From an uncultured Acidobacteriota bacterium (lineage in GTDB: Bacteria; Acidobacteriota; Thermoanaerobaculia; Thermoanaerobaculales; Sulfomarinibacteraceae), in contig CAVPHA010000011.1 of the NCBI GenBank assembly GCA_963704125.1, positions 3,801-67,800 on the forward strand: DNA of 64,000 nucleotides, given 5' to 3'. The translations under genes were made by a program, and so were the position numbers. This document shows, piece after piece, positions 17,878-26,742 of the stretch (position 1 is the first letter of the stretch; every line of letters starts with the position of its first letter). The notes under the pieces were generated by a model. That model did no database searches. It was given only the letters and a program-made list of their open reading frames with translations, and was not told where the DNA came from.

Positions 17878-20436
17878 GTGGTCGTGTCATCATCACGAGT
17901 ATCTTCAACCGGTCTAGGGCGATGTTCGATGGTGTGGCCGAGTGCGGTGGCCGCAGCCACGTTTGCCTGCATTGCCTTCGGCGCCGGAGCTCAGGGCTCG
18001 GAGACCACGAGCGAGGGTCCACCCGCGACGAAGACCGCGGTCGGGTCCGAAATGCCGCTGTTCATTCCGGCGGTCGCTCACGTTTCCGGTGCGGCGGGAA
18101 CAAACTGGCGAAGCGATGTCGAGATTTACAACCTTGGGCCCGGTCAGGCCTTTATCGATGTCGCGGTTCTGGAGAAGGACCAACCCAACCCGTCGCCCAC
18201 CACGCGGGCATTCGTCATCAGCCCAGGCATGTCGTACCGGTACCGGGACACGCTGTACAGGATGTTTGGCGAATCCGGCTCCGCCGCGCTGCGGATCGAC
18301 GCCGCGGATGACGCTCTGGTCGTGACCAGCCGGACCTTCAACGAAACGGACTCGGGGACTTACGGCCAGTTCATCGGGGCCCTCGCCGAGAGCCGCGCGA
18401 TTCACACTGGCGAGCAGGGTCGGATCGTGCAGCTGTCGCAGCACGGCTCGTCCGACGCCGGGTACCGGACCAACGTCGGGTTCCTGAACTGCTCGGACCG
18501 CGAGATCTCTGTGGCGGTGGATCTCTTCCGGGGATCCGGCGATCAGTTGGGGACCAGGCTCTACACCCTCGGACCCGCCATGTTCAAGCAGATCGACAGG
18601 ATCTTCACGACGGTGACCGGCGATGACGTCGAGGACGGTTTCGCGGTGGTCTCGACTTCCACCGCAGGAGGAGCGTTCTTCGCCTACGGATCCGTGGTGG
18701 ATAACCGAACCGGTGACCCGGTTTATCTTCCGGCGGCCATCGTCGCCTCGGAGCCCGTTTTCATCCCGGCGACGGCGCACGTGTCCGGAGCGGTGGGAAC
18801 CGACTGGCGCACCGACCTCGAGCTGCACAACTCCGGGAGCGTGGACGCGCAGTTCGAGGTGTCGATGCTCGAGACCGGCCAGGACAACTCGACGCCCGTT
18901 TCCTCGATTGAGCACGTGAGTGCCGGTGCCGGCGTCCGCCTCGACGACGTTCTGCACTCGACCTTTGGTTTCGATGGCACGGCGGCGCTTCGAATCACGC
19001 CAATGGCAGGGGCACACGGATTGGTTACCAGCCGCACCTACAACCAGACTCCGGGTGGAACCTACGGTCAGTTCGTGGGGGCGGTTTCCGCGTCGGACGC
19101 CATCGCGTACAGCGAGCAGGGACTCATCGTTGGGCTCACCCACAACCGGGCCGCCGCAAGCGGCTATCGCACCAACCTGGGCTATCTCAACTGCACGGGC
19201 TCGGAAGCAGTTGTTAGGATCGACCTGTACCGATCATGCGGAGTCCTGCTCGGGACGATCGAGGACACCCTCGGGCCGTACATGCACCGGCAGCAGAACA
19301 GGATCTTTCAACAGGTGACGAACGACGACGTGGCGGACGGCTTCGCCGTTGTCGCCGGCACTACGCCGGGATCGAGGCTGATAGCCTATGCATCGGTCGT
19401 CGACAACGCAACCGGCGATCCGATTTACGTTCCGGCAACCACGATCGTGGCCCGATCGTCGGATCCGCTGATGGACCCGCGCGCGACGATGCACCTCCTG
19501 TTTCGATCGCTGGAGGTCGTCGCTGCCGATCTCGACGTCGAAGACATGATCACTATGCTGCAGATGTTCGGCCTGCAGGCCGCGCTCAACCAGTTGGCGG
19601 CGTTCTATCCGGACATCGTGTCGCTGGGTCAGCACTCGTTCACCCTGGACTACGGCAGCGAAACCAGGCTTCACGACGGAAACCTGGTGAGTGGGCGGGT
19701 GGAGGCAGATTTCGCCGACATCGTCATCAACTCCACGACCATCTCCGGGCAACTCACCTTCACGTTCGACGAGCTTCAATGGAACCACCAGGCGCCACCG
19801 GTCGATACGATCGTCGCGACGGTGGACCTGGCGGTCGATCCACAGGGACACGTGACCGGAACCACCTCGTTCTCCGGAACCGGATCGGTCCCCGTCAAGT
19901 CGGATCCGGTCACGCTGGGGGGCGAAGCGCTCTGGGACACTTTGCTGTGCGACCGCTTCCCGGTGGGAGGAACGATCACGCTCGAGGTCGGGGACGAGCT
20001 CTTCACCTTCACCTTCACTCCGGTTTGCGACGGGACCTTCAGCTACCTGGGGCCGGGCGACGTCGATCTGTCCGGCTACCAAAGGGTAACCGTCCGGGTT
20101 CTCAATCTCGGGCTCCGGCTGCGCTCCGAGAGCCCGGCCTGCAGCGACATCGGGCCGTACACCGAGAGCTTCATCTGGAACGCCTTCAACGGCTCGTGGG
20201 AGGGTTCGACCTATCACGACGCCTGGCAGGAAGATTTTGGGGGTGTTGTGGTCAGCGTCGATCTCGTGGTCGCGGCGCGCCCTGCGGCCGGAACGGCCGG
20301 CTTCACCGCGTGGCAGCAGACCGTCGACTCCCAGGACCCGAACCACGCCATCACGACCACCCTGACGATCACCGGCCACAACCTGCCGCTGGTGTTCACG
20401 GGGGGCGGTCTACGAGAGCCTGCTGCCGGGGGCTGA
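17878..20436 (+). CDS. large exported protein (about 850 aa) with two tandem island repeat domains and a unique C-terminal half
   Basis: GGGAGG RBS with a GTG start at 17878 or 17884 and a signal-like N-terminus. Repeat 1 (about 18052-18748): FIPAVAHVSGAAGTNWRSDVEIYN…GTYGQFIGA…GYRTNVGFLN…FFAYGSVVDNRTGDPVYLPA. Repeat 2 (about 18754-19455): FIPATAHVSGAVGTDWRTDLELHN…GTYGQFVGA…GYRTNLGYLN…LIAYASVVDNATGDPIYVPA. Confidence 0.8.
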   Translation: MVVSSSRVSSTGLGRCSMVWPSAVAAATFACIAFGAGAQGSETTSEGPPATKTAVGSEMPLFIPAVAHVSGAAGTNWRSDVEIYNLGPGQAFIDVAVLEKDQPNPSPTTRAFVISPGMSYRYRDTLYRMFGESGSAALRIDAADDALVVTSRTFNETDSGTYGQFIGALAESRAIHTGEQGRIVQLSQHGSSDAGYRTNVGFLNCSDREISVAVDLFRGSGDQLGTRLYTLGPAMFKQIDRIFTTVTGDDVEDGFAVVSTSTAGGAFFAYGSVVDNRTGDPVYLPAAIVASEPVFIPATAHVSGAVGTDWRTDLELHNSGSVDAQFEVSMLETGQDNSTPVSSIEHVSAGAGVRLDDVLHSTFGFDGTAALRITPMAGAHGLVTSRTYNQTPGGTYGQFVGAVSASDAIAYSEQGLIVGLTHNRAAASGYRTNLGYLNCTGSEAVVRIDLYRSCGVLLGTIEDTLGPYMHRQQNRIFQQVTNDDVADGFAVVAGTTPGSRLIAYASVVDNATGDPIYVPATTIVARSSDPLMDPRATMHLLFRSLEVVAADLDVEDMITMLQMFGLQAALNQLAAFYPDIVSLGQHSFTLDYGSETRLHDGNLVSGRVEADFADIVINSTTISGQLTFTFDELQWNHQAPPVDTIVATVDLAVDPQGHVTGTTSFSGTGSVPVKSDPVTLGGEALWDTLLCDRFPVGGTITLEVGDELFTFTFTPVCDGTFSYLGPGDVDLSGYQRVTVRVLNLGLRLRSESPACSDIGPYTESFIWNAFNGSWEGSTYHDAWQEDFGGVVVSVDLVVAARPAAGTAGFTAWQQTVDSQDPNHAITTTLTITGHNLPLVFTGGGLREPAAGG

Positions 20437-20773
20437 GGCCTGCGACTATCTCGCGGTGAGCGTCCGTCGGACCATGGTCGGCAGTCCTTGTGTGTGGGTC
20501 CTCGACAGCGTGACCTGCGGCGAATGGAGCGGGATCGCGGTGCTGATCCGGTAGCAGGCGATGCGACCCGCTGGCAGCCCGAAGGACGTGTCGGTCGGTC
20601 ATGACTTGGCTTCGTTACCGCGAATGACAATGGGTGGCAGGACAATCGGTGGCACCTATTCGGCACCTGTTCGTTTGGAGCAGGGGGAAGGGGCCGGTGA
20701 AACAAAGTACCGGCCCCAACCGTGTCCGGTGGGGGCCGATGGAAATTCTGCGATCGGGCGGGGTGGCTGGTGG

Positions 20774-21217
20774 CTACCGAGTGGATTGTTCGTGCTCGAC
20801 TCCACTTGCGCTCGATCCTCGATCGATCACCATGACCTCGGTTTCACCACAAACGGGTTCGCCGGAAACCGTCACGCCGACGAGTTGGAAAACGTTGTAG
20901 TCGTTGAGAATCAGCCCGTCGATGGCCTTGATCTCGTCCATGAGGAACTTGGCCACGAAAAAGCCGCGGTCATCCGCCTTCCATGATGAGATCGCAACGC
21001 CGCCCAGATACACCGAGTAGACATCCATTTGCGAGTAGGGAACATCGGTATGGACGGTAACGACCGTTCCGTCGCTCCTCAGATTGAGAGTCTCCGGTGC
21101 GATCCGGATCTCGTTGTCGCAGGCCGAGCCGGAAGCCGGTGCGGCCAGGATGGCGATGGCCAGCCCGAGCGCTATCAGGATGTCGCGGCCGATTGTCCGT
21201 GTCGTGAGAGTTGTCAT
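20774..21217 (-). CDS. small lipoprotein, paralogue B (147 aa)
   Basis: Lipoprotein signal …LGLAIAILAAPASGSAC, with the body highly similar to paralogue A. GGAGGG RBS. Confidence 0.75.
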   Translation of the reverse strand: MTTLTTRTIGRDILIALGLAIAILAAPASGSACDNEIRIAPETLNLRSDGTVVTVHTDVPYSQMDVYSVYLGGVAISSWKADDRGFFVAKFLMDEIKAIDGLILNDYNVFQLVGVTVSGEPVCGETEVMVIDRGSSASGVEHEQSTR

Positions 21218-21317
21218 GGTTGCCCTCCAGATTCCAGGTTGTGGTCGATCCCGACCGGGTTGAACATCGGTTCACAGTGGCGCTCACCAACGACCACGAG
21301 TCACCGAACGGACCTAA

Positions 21318-21334
21318 AGCACGACTGATGCCAA
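21318..21334 (-). promoter_or_regulatory. sigma54-type -24/-12 element upstream of lipoprotein paralogue B
   Basis: The minus strand reads TTGGCATCAGTCGTGCT, about 100 nt upstream of the ATG at 21217. Its counterpart is 14044-14060. Confidence 0.5.
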
Positions 21335-21497
21335 CTCGGCTGGTTGGAATCAAGTGTTTGCTAACTGGATGTTTAGATGAGGATGAGCGGTGCCGACCGG
21401 CCGGTCGGAGTTTCTGAAGATCGAGTCGGCGGGTCACACCCCATGGGTCGTTTTGACTCGCCCGGTGCCATGGGCGGGGCCGCATGCTTCATGGCGC

Positions 21498-21648
21498 GAG
21501 ATTCGAAACGCAAAGACGCGAAGACGCAAAGATCATCGCAAAGTCATCGCGTTTTTGAATTGGCAACGCATCGCCCACTTTCAGTTGCGATGTTTTGCGC
21601 CCTTTGCGTCTTCGCGGTTCAAACTTACGTGAACCGCGAGACGCGTCC
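21498..21648. repeat. REP/MITE-like repeat family A, hairpin-type copy (two inverted arms)
   Basis: The left arm AACGCAAAGACGCGAAGACGCAAAGATCATCGCAA and right arm TTGCGATGTTTTGCGCCCTTTGCGTCTTCGCGGTT are near reverse complements. They are followed by CAAACTTACGTGAACCGCGAGACGCGTCC. Confidence 0.75.
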
Positions 21649-21652
21649 TGTC

Positions 21653-21877
21653 CTACTGGTGCGGACAGCCGTTGGGTTCAGGCTTCAGGAAGCTCAATTT
21701 CCCAACTTCCAAACGTCTGGCATCGATATAATACCGTAATACCGTGCCTGGCACCTTTTTCCCTTTTTCCTTTTCCTTTTCTTTCCTTTTCTCGGCTGCG
21801 GTCGGCGACGCCAGCAACAGAAAGAGGGCAACCCCGGCGACGACCCGCCCGGTCCGCGTTTCATTTTCGGTGATCAT
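21653..21877 (-). CDS. possible small exported protein with a KEKEKEKGKK tract (74 aa)
   Basis: ATG with no clear RBS and a signal-like RVVAGVALFLLLASPTAA. The ORF contains a polypurine tract and abuts a repeat. Weak. Confidence 0.25.
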   Translation of the reverse strand: MITENETRTGRVVAGVALFLLLASPTAAEKRKEKEKEKGKKVPGTVLRYYIDARRLEVGKLSFLKPEPNGCPHQ

Positions 21878-21982
21878 CCGACCAATAATACAATGTCGTT
21901 ATCGTATCTGCTCGAGTGAGAATAGATCGAAACGCATGACCCAAGGACGGGATGTTTGAACCGCAGGATTCGAAGGGTCTAT

Positions 21983-22045
21983 GTCTTCGCGAACTTTGCG
22001 CCTTCGCGGTTCAATCCTGAGTGAAGCGCGACACGCGTCCCTTGC
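21983..22045. repeat. repeat family A copy
   Basis: GTCTTCGCGAACTTTGCGCCTTCGCGGTTCAATCCTGAGTGAAGCGCGACACGCGTCC parallels the right half of 21498-21648. It overlaps the last 10 or so codons of the RND gene. Confidence 0.7.
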
Positions 22046-25000
22046 GGCTCGTCAGGAACGAGCACATGGCGGGGACGACGAAGAGGGTCAGAAAGGTCCC
22101 GATGACCATCCCGCCGATGACCGCGACCCCCATGGGGATCCGGCTCTCGGCGCCGGCGCCGAGACCCAGAGCGATGGGCAGGATTCCGAGCACCGTCGAC
22201 AGGCTGGTCATGAGCACCGGCCGGAACCGCGAGGTGGCTCCTTCGATGATCGACTCGGTCACCGAGGCGCCCGCCGCCTTGCGCTGGTTGGCGAACTCGA
22301 CGATGAGGATGCCGTTCTTGGTGACCAGCCCGATGAGCATGATCATCCCGATCTGGCTGAAGATGTTGAGGGTCTGGTTGAAGTACCAGAGCGAGAGCAG
22401 GGCGCCGGCGAGGGCGAGCGGGACGGTGAACATGATGATGAACGGGTCGCGGAAGCTCTCGAATTGAGCCGCCAGAACGAGGTAGACCAGCACCAGGGCC
22501 AGCACGAAGACAAAGACCAGACTGGTGGCGCTCTCGGCGAAGTCGCGCGACTCGCCGGCGAGCGTGGTGGAAAAGCTGTCGTCCAGCACATTCTCGGCGA
22601 TGCGGTCCATCGCGTCGATGCCATCGCCGATGGTCCTGCCCGGGACCAAGGCGGCCGAAACCGTGGCCGATGCATAGCGGTCGAAGCGGAAGATCTGCGG
22701 CGGGCTCGAGGTCTCGGTGACGGTGACGAGCTTGTCGAGCAGCACCGGCGACCGCCCCGCTGAGGTGACGTAGAGGTTGCGGAGGTCGACGGTCTCGTCG
22801 CGGGCGTCGGGGAGGACCTGGCCGATGACCTCGTACTGTTTGCCGTCCATGACGAAGTAGCCGAGCCGCTGTTCGCTGAGTGCAAGCTGCAGGGTCTGGG
22901 CGATGCGCAGCGCCGAGATCCCCTGGTCCTGGGCCCGCTCGCGGTCGATGGCGACCCGGAGCTCGGGCTTGTCGAACTTGAGGTCGACATCGACGAAGTC
23001 GAAGGTCGGGTCGGTCTCGGCCGCGGCGAGGAAGGGCGGCAGCACCTCCTGCAGCTTCTCCATGTTGGGCGCCTGGATGACGTACTGGACGGGCAGCCCG
23101 CGGCGGCGGCCGACGGCGATGGTCGGTGTCTTCGGAGAGAAAGGTGCGCGCTTCGGTCAGCAGCTTGATCTTCGGCCCCAGAGCGGCGACGATTTCGGTC
23201 TGGGTTCGCTGTCGGTCCTCACGATCGGTCAGGTTGATGCGGCCGAACCCCGAGTTGACCGACGACGCCGCGCCGAACCCGGGCGCGGTCACCGTGACCA
23301 CGTTGTCGATCTCGGGTACCTCCTTCGAGGATGAGGGCGTTCATCCGATCCATGAAGTGGTCCATGTAGGCGAAGGTCGCGCCCTCGGGACCGCGGGCGT
23401 TGATGCTGATGGAGCCGCGGTCTTCGAGCGGCGCCAGCTCGCGCGGCAGGATCTGGAGGAAGAGGGCGACCAGAGCCATGCAGACGATGACGATGGGCAG
23501 CGCCAGCCAGCGCCGCCGGAGCATGCCAGTCACCAGCTCCCGGTAGCCCGTGGCGAGAGCGGCGAAAAAAGGCTCGGTGGTCCGGTAGAGCCAGGGCTGC
23601 CGCGCCCGTTTCTTGAGCAACCGGGTCGAGAGCATGGGGGTCAACGTCAGGGCGACGAAGGACGAGATGACCACCGCCCCGGCGAGGGTCAGACCGAACT
23701 CGCGGAAGAGCCGGCCGACGAGCCCGCTGAGAAAGAGGATCGGCATGAAGACCGAAACCAGCGCCACCGTCGTCGCCACAACTGCGAAGAAGATCTCGCG
23801 GGTGCCCTCGACCCCGGCCGTCATGGGATCGAGCCCGCCCTCGATCTTGGCGTAGATGACCTCGACGACGACGATGGCGTCGTCGACCACCATCCCGATG
23901 GCCAGCACCAGGGCGAGCAGGGTGAGCACGTTGATGGTGAACCCGGCGAGATACATGACGAAGAAGGACCCGATGAGCGAAACCGGGATCACGAGCAACG
24001 GGATGAGGGTCGTTCGCCAGTCGCGCAGAAAGACGAAGATGATCAGCATCACGAGGCAGAAGGCGATGAAGATCGTCTGTTGGACCTCGGCTACCGATTT
24101 TCGGACATAGCGACTGGCGTCGAAAGCCCAGGCGACCTCGATATCGGCCGGCAGCGTGCGTTTGATCACCTCCACCCGGCGGTAGAACTCATCGGTGATG
24201 GCGATGTAGTTGGCGCCGGGTTGCGGGCTGGCGACGACCAGGACCATGGGAACGCCGTTGCGTTTGAGCACCGTGCGCTGGTTGCGCGGGCCGAGTTCGG
24301 CGATTCCGACATCGCGAAAACGGATGATCCGGTCGCCCTCGGATTTGAGGATCAGATCGTTGAAAGCCTCGGGGGTGTCGAGGCGGCTCATGGTCCGCAC
24401 CGGGAGCTCGACCTCGGTGCCTTCGATGCGACCCGACGGGAGCTCGACGTTTTCCCGTGCGACCGCGTCGCGGACATCCATGGGCGAGAGCCGGTAGGCG
24501 GCGAGCTTGTGCGGGTCGATCCACAACCGCATGGCGTAGGTCTTCTCGCCCCAGATGTCGACGCTGGCGACGTTCGGGATGGTCTGCAACCGCTCGACGA
24601 ACATCTCCTGGGCGATGCGGCTGAGCTCGAGCAGGTTGCGGCCGTCGCTGCGCACCGAGACCCCGACGATGGGCCGGGCATCGGCGTCGGCCTTGGACAC
24701 GATGGGCGGCTCGACATCCGACGGCAGGCTGGACTGGGCCCTGGAGACCTTGTCGCGAACATCGTTGGCGGCGCGCTCGAGATCGGTGCCGAGGGCGAAC
24801 TCGGCCTGGATGGTGCTGCGGCCGTCGCGGCTGGTGGAAGTCAGGGTGCGGATCCCGTCGACGCCGTTGATCGACGCCTCGAGCGGCTCGGTGACCTGAG
24901 ATTCGATGACATCAGCCGAGGCGCCCCGGTAGTCGGTGGAGACGGTGATATTCGGGGGATCGAGCGAGGGGAACTCGCGAACCCCGAGAAACGAGAAGCC

Positions 25001-25081
25001 GAGCAGACCGAAGAGCACGATGGTGATGGACAAAACGATCGCCAGCACCGGGCGCCGGATGCTGAGGGTGTAGAGCGTCAT
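22011..25081 (-). pseudogene. RND-family efflux permease (AcrB/HAE1-like), interrupted by two frame changes
   Basis: Three collinear frames. N-terminal 620 aa: MTLYTLSIRRPVLAIVLSITIVLFGLLGFSFLGVREFPSLDPP…. Bridging piece: VTVTAPGFGAASSVNSGFGRINLTDREDRQRTQTEIVAALGPKIKLLTEARTFLSE. C-terminal 350 aa: …GMIMLIGLVTKNGILIVEFANQ…. The shifts lie near 23310 and 23130. Confidence 0.85.
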
Positions 25082-26166
25082 TGGACTTCGACGCCTGCGG
25101 CGGCGGTTTCGTCGAGCTCGACCGTGATCCCGGGTTGGAGCTGGAGGATGCCGCTGATGATGACCAGATCACCCTCGGCGAGCCCGTCCGTGATCTCGAC
25201 CTCGCGTTCGTTGCGGATCCCGGTCGTGATCGAAACGGCTTTGGCGAGACCGCCACGGTAGACGTAGACTTTTTTGCCGCCGAGCTCGGGGATCACGGCC
25301 ATGGCGGGGACCGTCAGCGCGTCGGAAACCGAGCGAACGGTGAGATCGACGTTGGCGAAAGTGCCGGGGAGGAGGAGGCCGTCGCTGTTCGAGCTTTGGG
25401 CGCGCATCCGCAGCGCCCGGCTGGCGGCGTCGACATTCGGCTCGATGGCGTAGATCCTGCCGGTGAACACGCGGTCGACGCCCTCGACGGTGAAGGAGAC
25501 TTCATCGCCGATTCGCATCAGGGCCGCGTACCTCTCGGGGACGGAGAAGTCGAGCTTGACCGGATCGAGATCGTGGAGCGACGCGATGCGGGTCTGCGAG
25601 GAGAGATAGCTGCCCGGGCTCACCCAGCGCAGACCGATGACGCCGCCGAAGGGGGCGCGGATCTCGGTCTTGAGCAGCTGCGCCTCGATGAGCTGGAGCT
25701 CGGCGCGGAGCACGTTGAGCTGACCGAGGGCGACATCGTAGGTCTCCGATGAGATAACGCCGTCGTCGAGGAGCTGCTGCTGCCGGGCCTCGGCGCGCTC
25801 GGCGAGCTCGACCCGGTAGACGGCCCGTTGCCGTTCGGCCGTGAGCTCGGAGTCGTCGATCTCGAGCAGGAGCTGACCGGGTTCGACCCGGGCGCCTTCG
25901 TCGAAGTGGATGGCGGCGATCTTGCCCGAAATCTCCGAGACGATCTCGACCGATTCGTTGGCGCGAACGGTGCCGATGGTCGCCAGGCGCTCGGCGATCT
26001 CCACCGGAGCGACCCGGTGCACCTTGACCCGCAGCTTTTGCTCCGACGCCGGGGTCGAGGCGGGCGCATCGGTGCCGCGAAGCTGCATGAGCTTGGGAAC
26101 GGCAAGGGCTGCAACCAGGGCGAGCGCGATGGTGAGGGCGAGGCCCCATCGTGGAAGAGTCAGCAT
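25078..26166 (-). CDS. RND efflux periplasmic adaptor (membrane fusion protein)
   Basis: Signal/TM N-terminus, a coiled-coil hairpin (AERQRAVYRVELAERAEARQQQLLDDGVIS…LNVLRAELQLIEAQL) and beta-barrel domains. Its stop overlaps the permease start (ATGA at 25078-25081). Confidence 0.85.
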   Translation of the reverse strand: MLTLPRWGLALTIALALVAALAVPKLMQLRGTDAPASTPASEQKLRVKVHRVAPVEIAERLATIGTVRANESVEIVSEISGKIAAIHFDEGARVEPGQLLLEIDDSELTAERQRAVYRVELAERAEARQQQLLDDGVISSETYDVALGQLNVLRAELQLIEAQLLKTEIRAPFGGVIGLRWVSPGSYLSSQTRIASLHDLDPVKLDFSVPERYAALMRIGDEVSFTVEGVDRVFTGRIYAIEPNVDAASRALRMRAQSSNSDGLLLPGTFANVDLTVRSVSDALTVPAMAVIPELGGKKVYVYRGGLAKAVSITTGIRNEREVEITDGLAEGDLVIISGILQLQPGITVELDETAAAGVEVQ

Positions 26167-26248
26167 GAAGTTCTCCGGTCCGCCGGGCGCGGCGACGACT
26201 ACCGGCCCGATCGGTCAACGGTTATACCACGGGGACCACCGCAGGAAT

Positions 26249-26345
26249 AAACCGCAAAGACGCGAAGGGCGCAAAGACATCGCACCATCGCAGAGTTTTA
26301 ACGCAGAGGCGCAGAGGCGCAGAGGCGCAGACACATCGCATTCAA
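26249..26345. repeat. repeat family A copy (minus orientation) plus GCAGAGGC x3 tandem
   Basis: AACCGCAAAGACGCGAAGGGCGCAAAGACATCGCACCATCGCA is the reverse complement of the 26659-26732 copy (shared TGCGATGGTGCGATG core). The tandem GCAGAGGC GCAGAGGC GCAGAGGC lies at 26303-26326. Confidence 0.7.
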
Positions 26346-26458
26346 GAGTGGGCAACTCGTTGTTGGGAGGCCATCCCGGTGCCAGAAGCGGGATCGATTC
26401 TCGATCGCCCGAAAACGGCGCCCATCGCGTGAATGAAGTGACAATGTCACTTAGTTGC

Positions 26459-26562
26459 TGTCATTCTGAGCACCGCCACGCCGTGGAGCAGCGCCTACTC
26501 ATGCTATGACAAAGCCCGCCAATACCTGTCATTCTGAGCGAGCGTAGCGAGTCGAAGAATCC
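26459..26562. repeat. repeat family B: two copies of the (C)TGTCATTCTGAGC unit
   Basis: CTGTCATTCTGAGCACCGCC (26459-) and CTGTCATTCTGAGCGAGCGTAGCGAGTCGAAGAATC (26527-). A third copy GGTCATTCTGAGCGGGCGGAGCGAGC lies at 33822-33847. Confidence 0.6.
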
Positions 26563-26658
26563 CCCAAAGCTCAGAGCGACGATGAGGAAAGCAGCGTGCG
26601 TCCGACCCGATGGGGAGCTCCGACTCCGCAGCCTCGGAGGCTGCTCTGCTCAGGGTGA

Positions 26659-26732
26659 CGTGCTTTGCGTTCTTTGCATTTCAATCATGCGATGGTGCGA
26701 TGCTTCGCGAACTTGGCGCCTTTGCGGTGAAA
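26659..26732. repeat. repeat family A copy (plus orientation)
   Basis: …TGCGATGGTGCGATGCTTCGCGAACTTGGCGCCTTTGCGGTGAAA is nearly identical to the 32439-32480 copy (GCGATGGTGCGATGCTTTGCGTACTTGCGCCCTTGCGGTGAAA). Confidence 0.75.
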
Positions 26733-26742
26733 ATACCGGCCG

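Noticed and set aside
26303-26326. Tandem GCAGAGGC x3, considered as a mini CRISPR or VNTR.
   Set aside because: The units are 8 bp with no spacers and no cas genes. It is part of the REP-like composite element.
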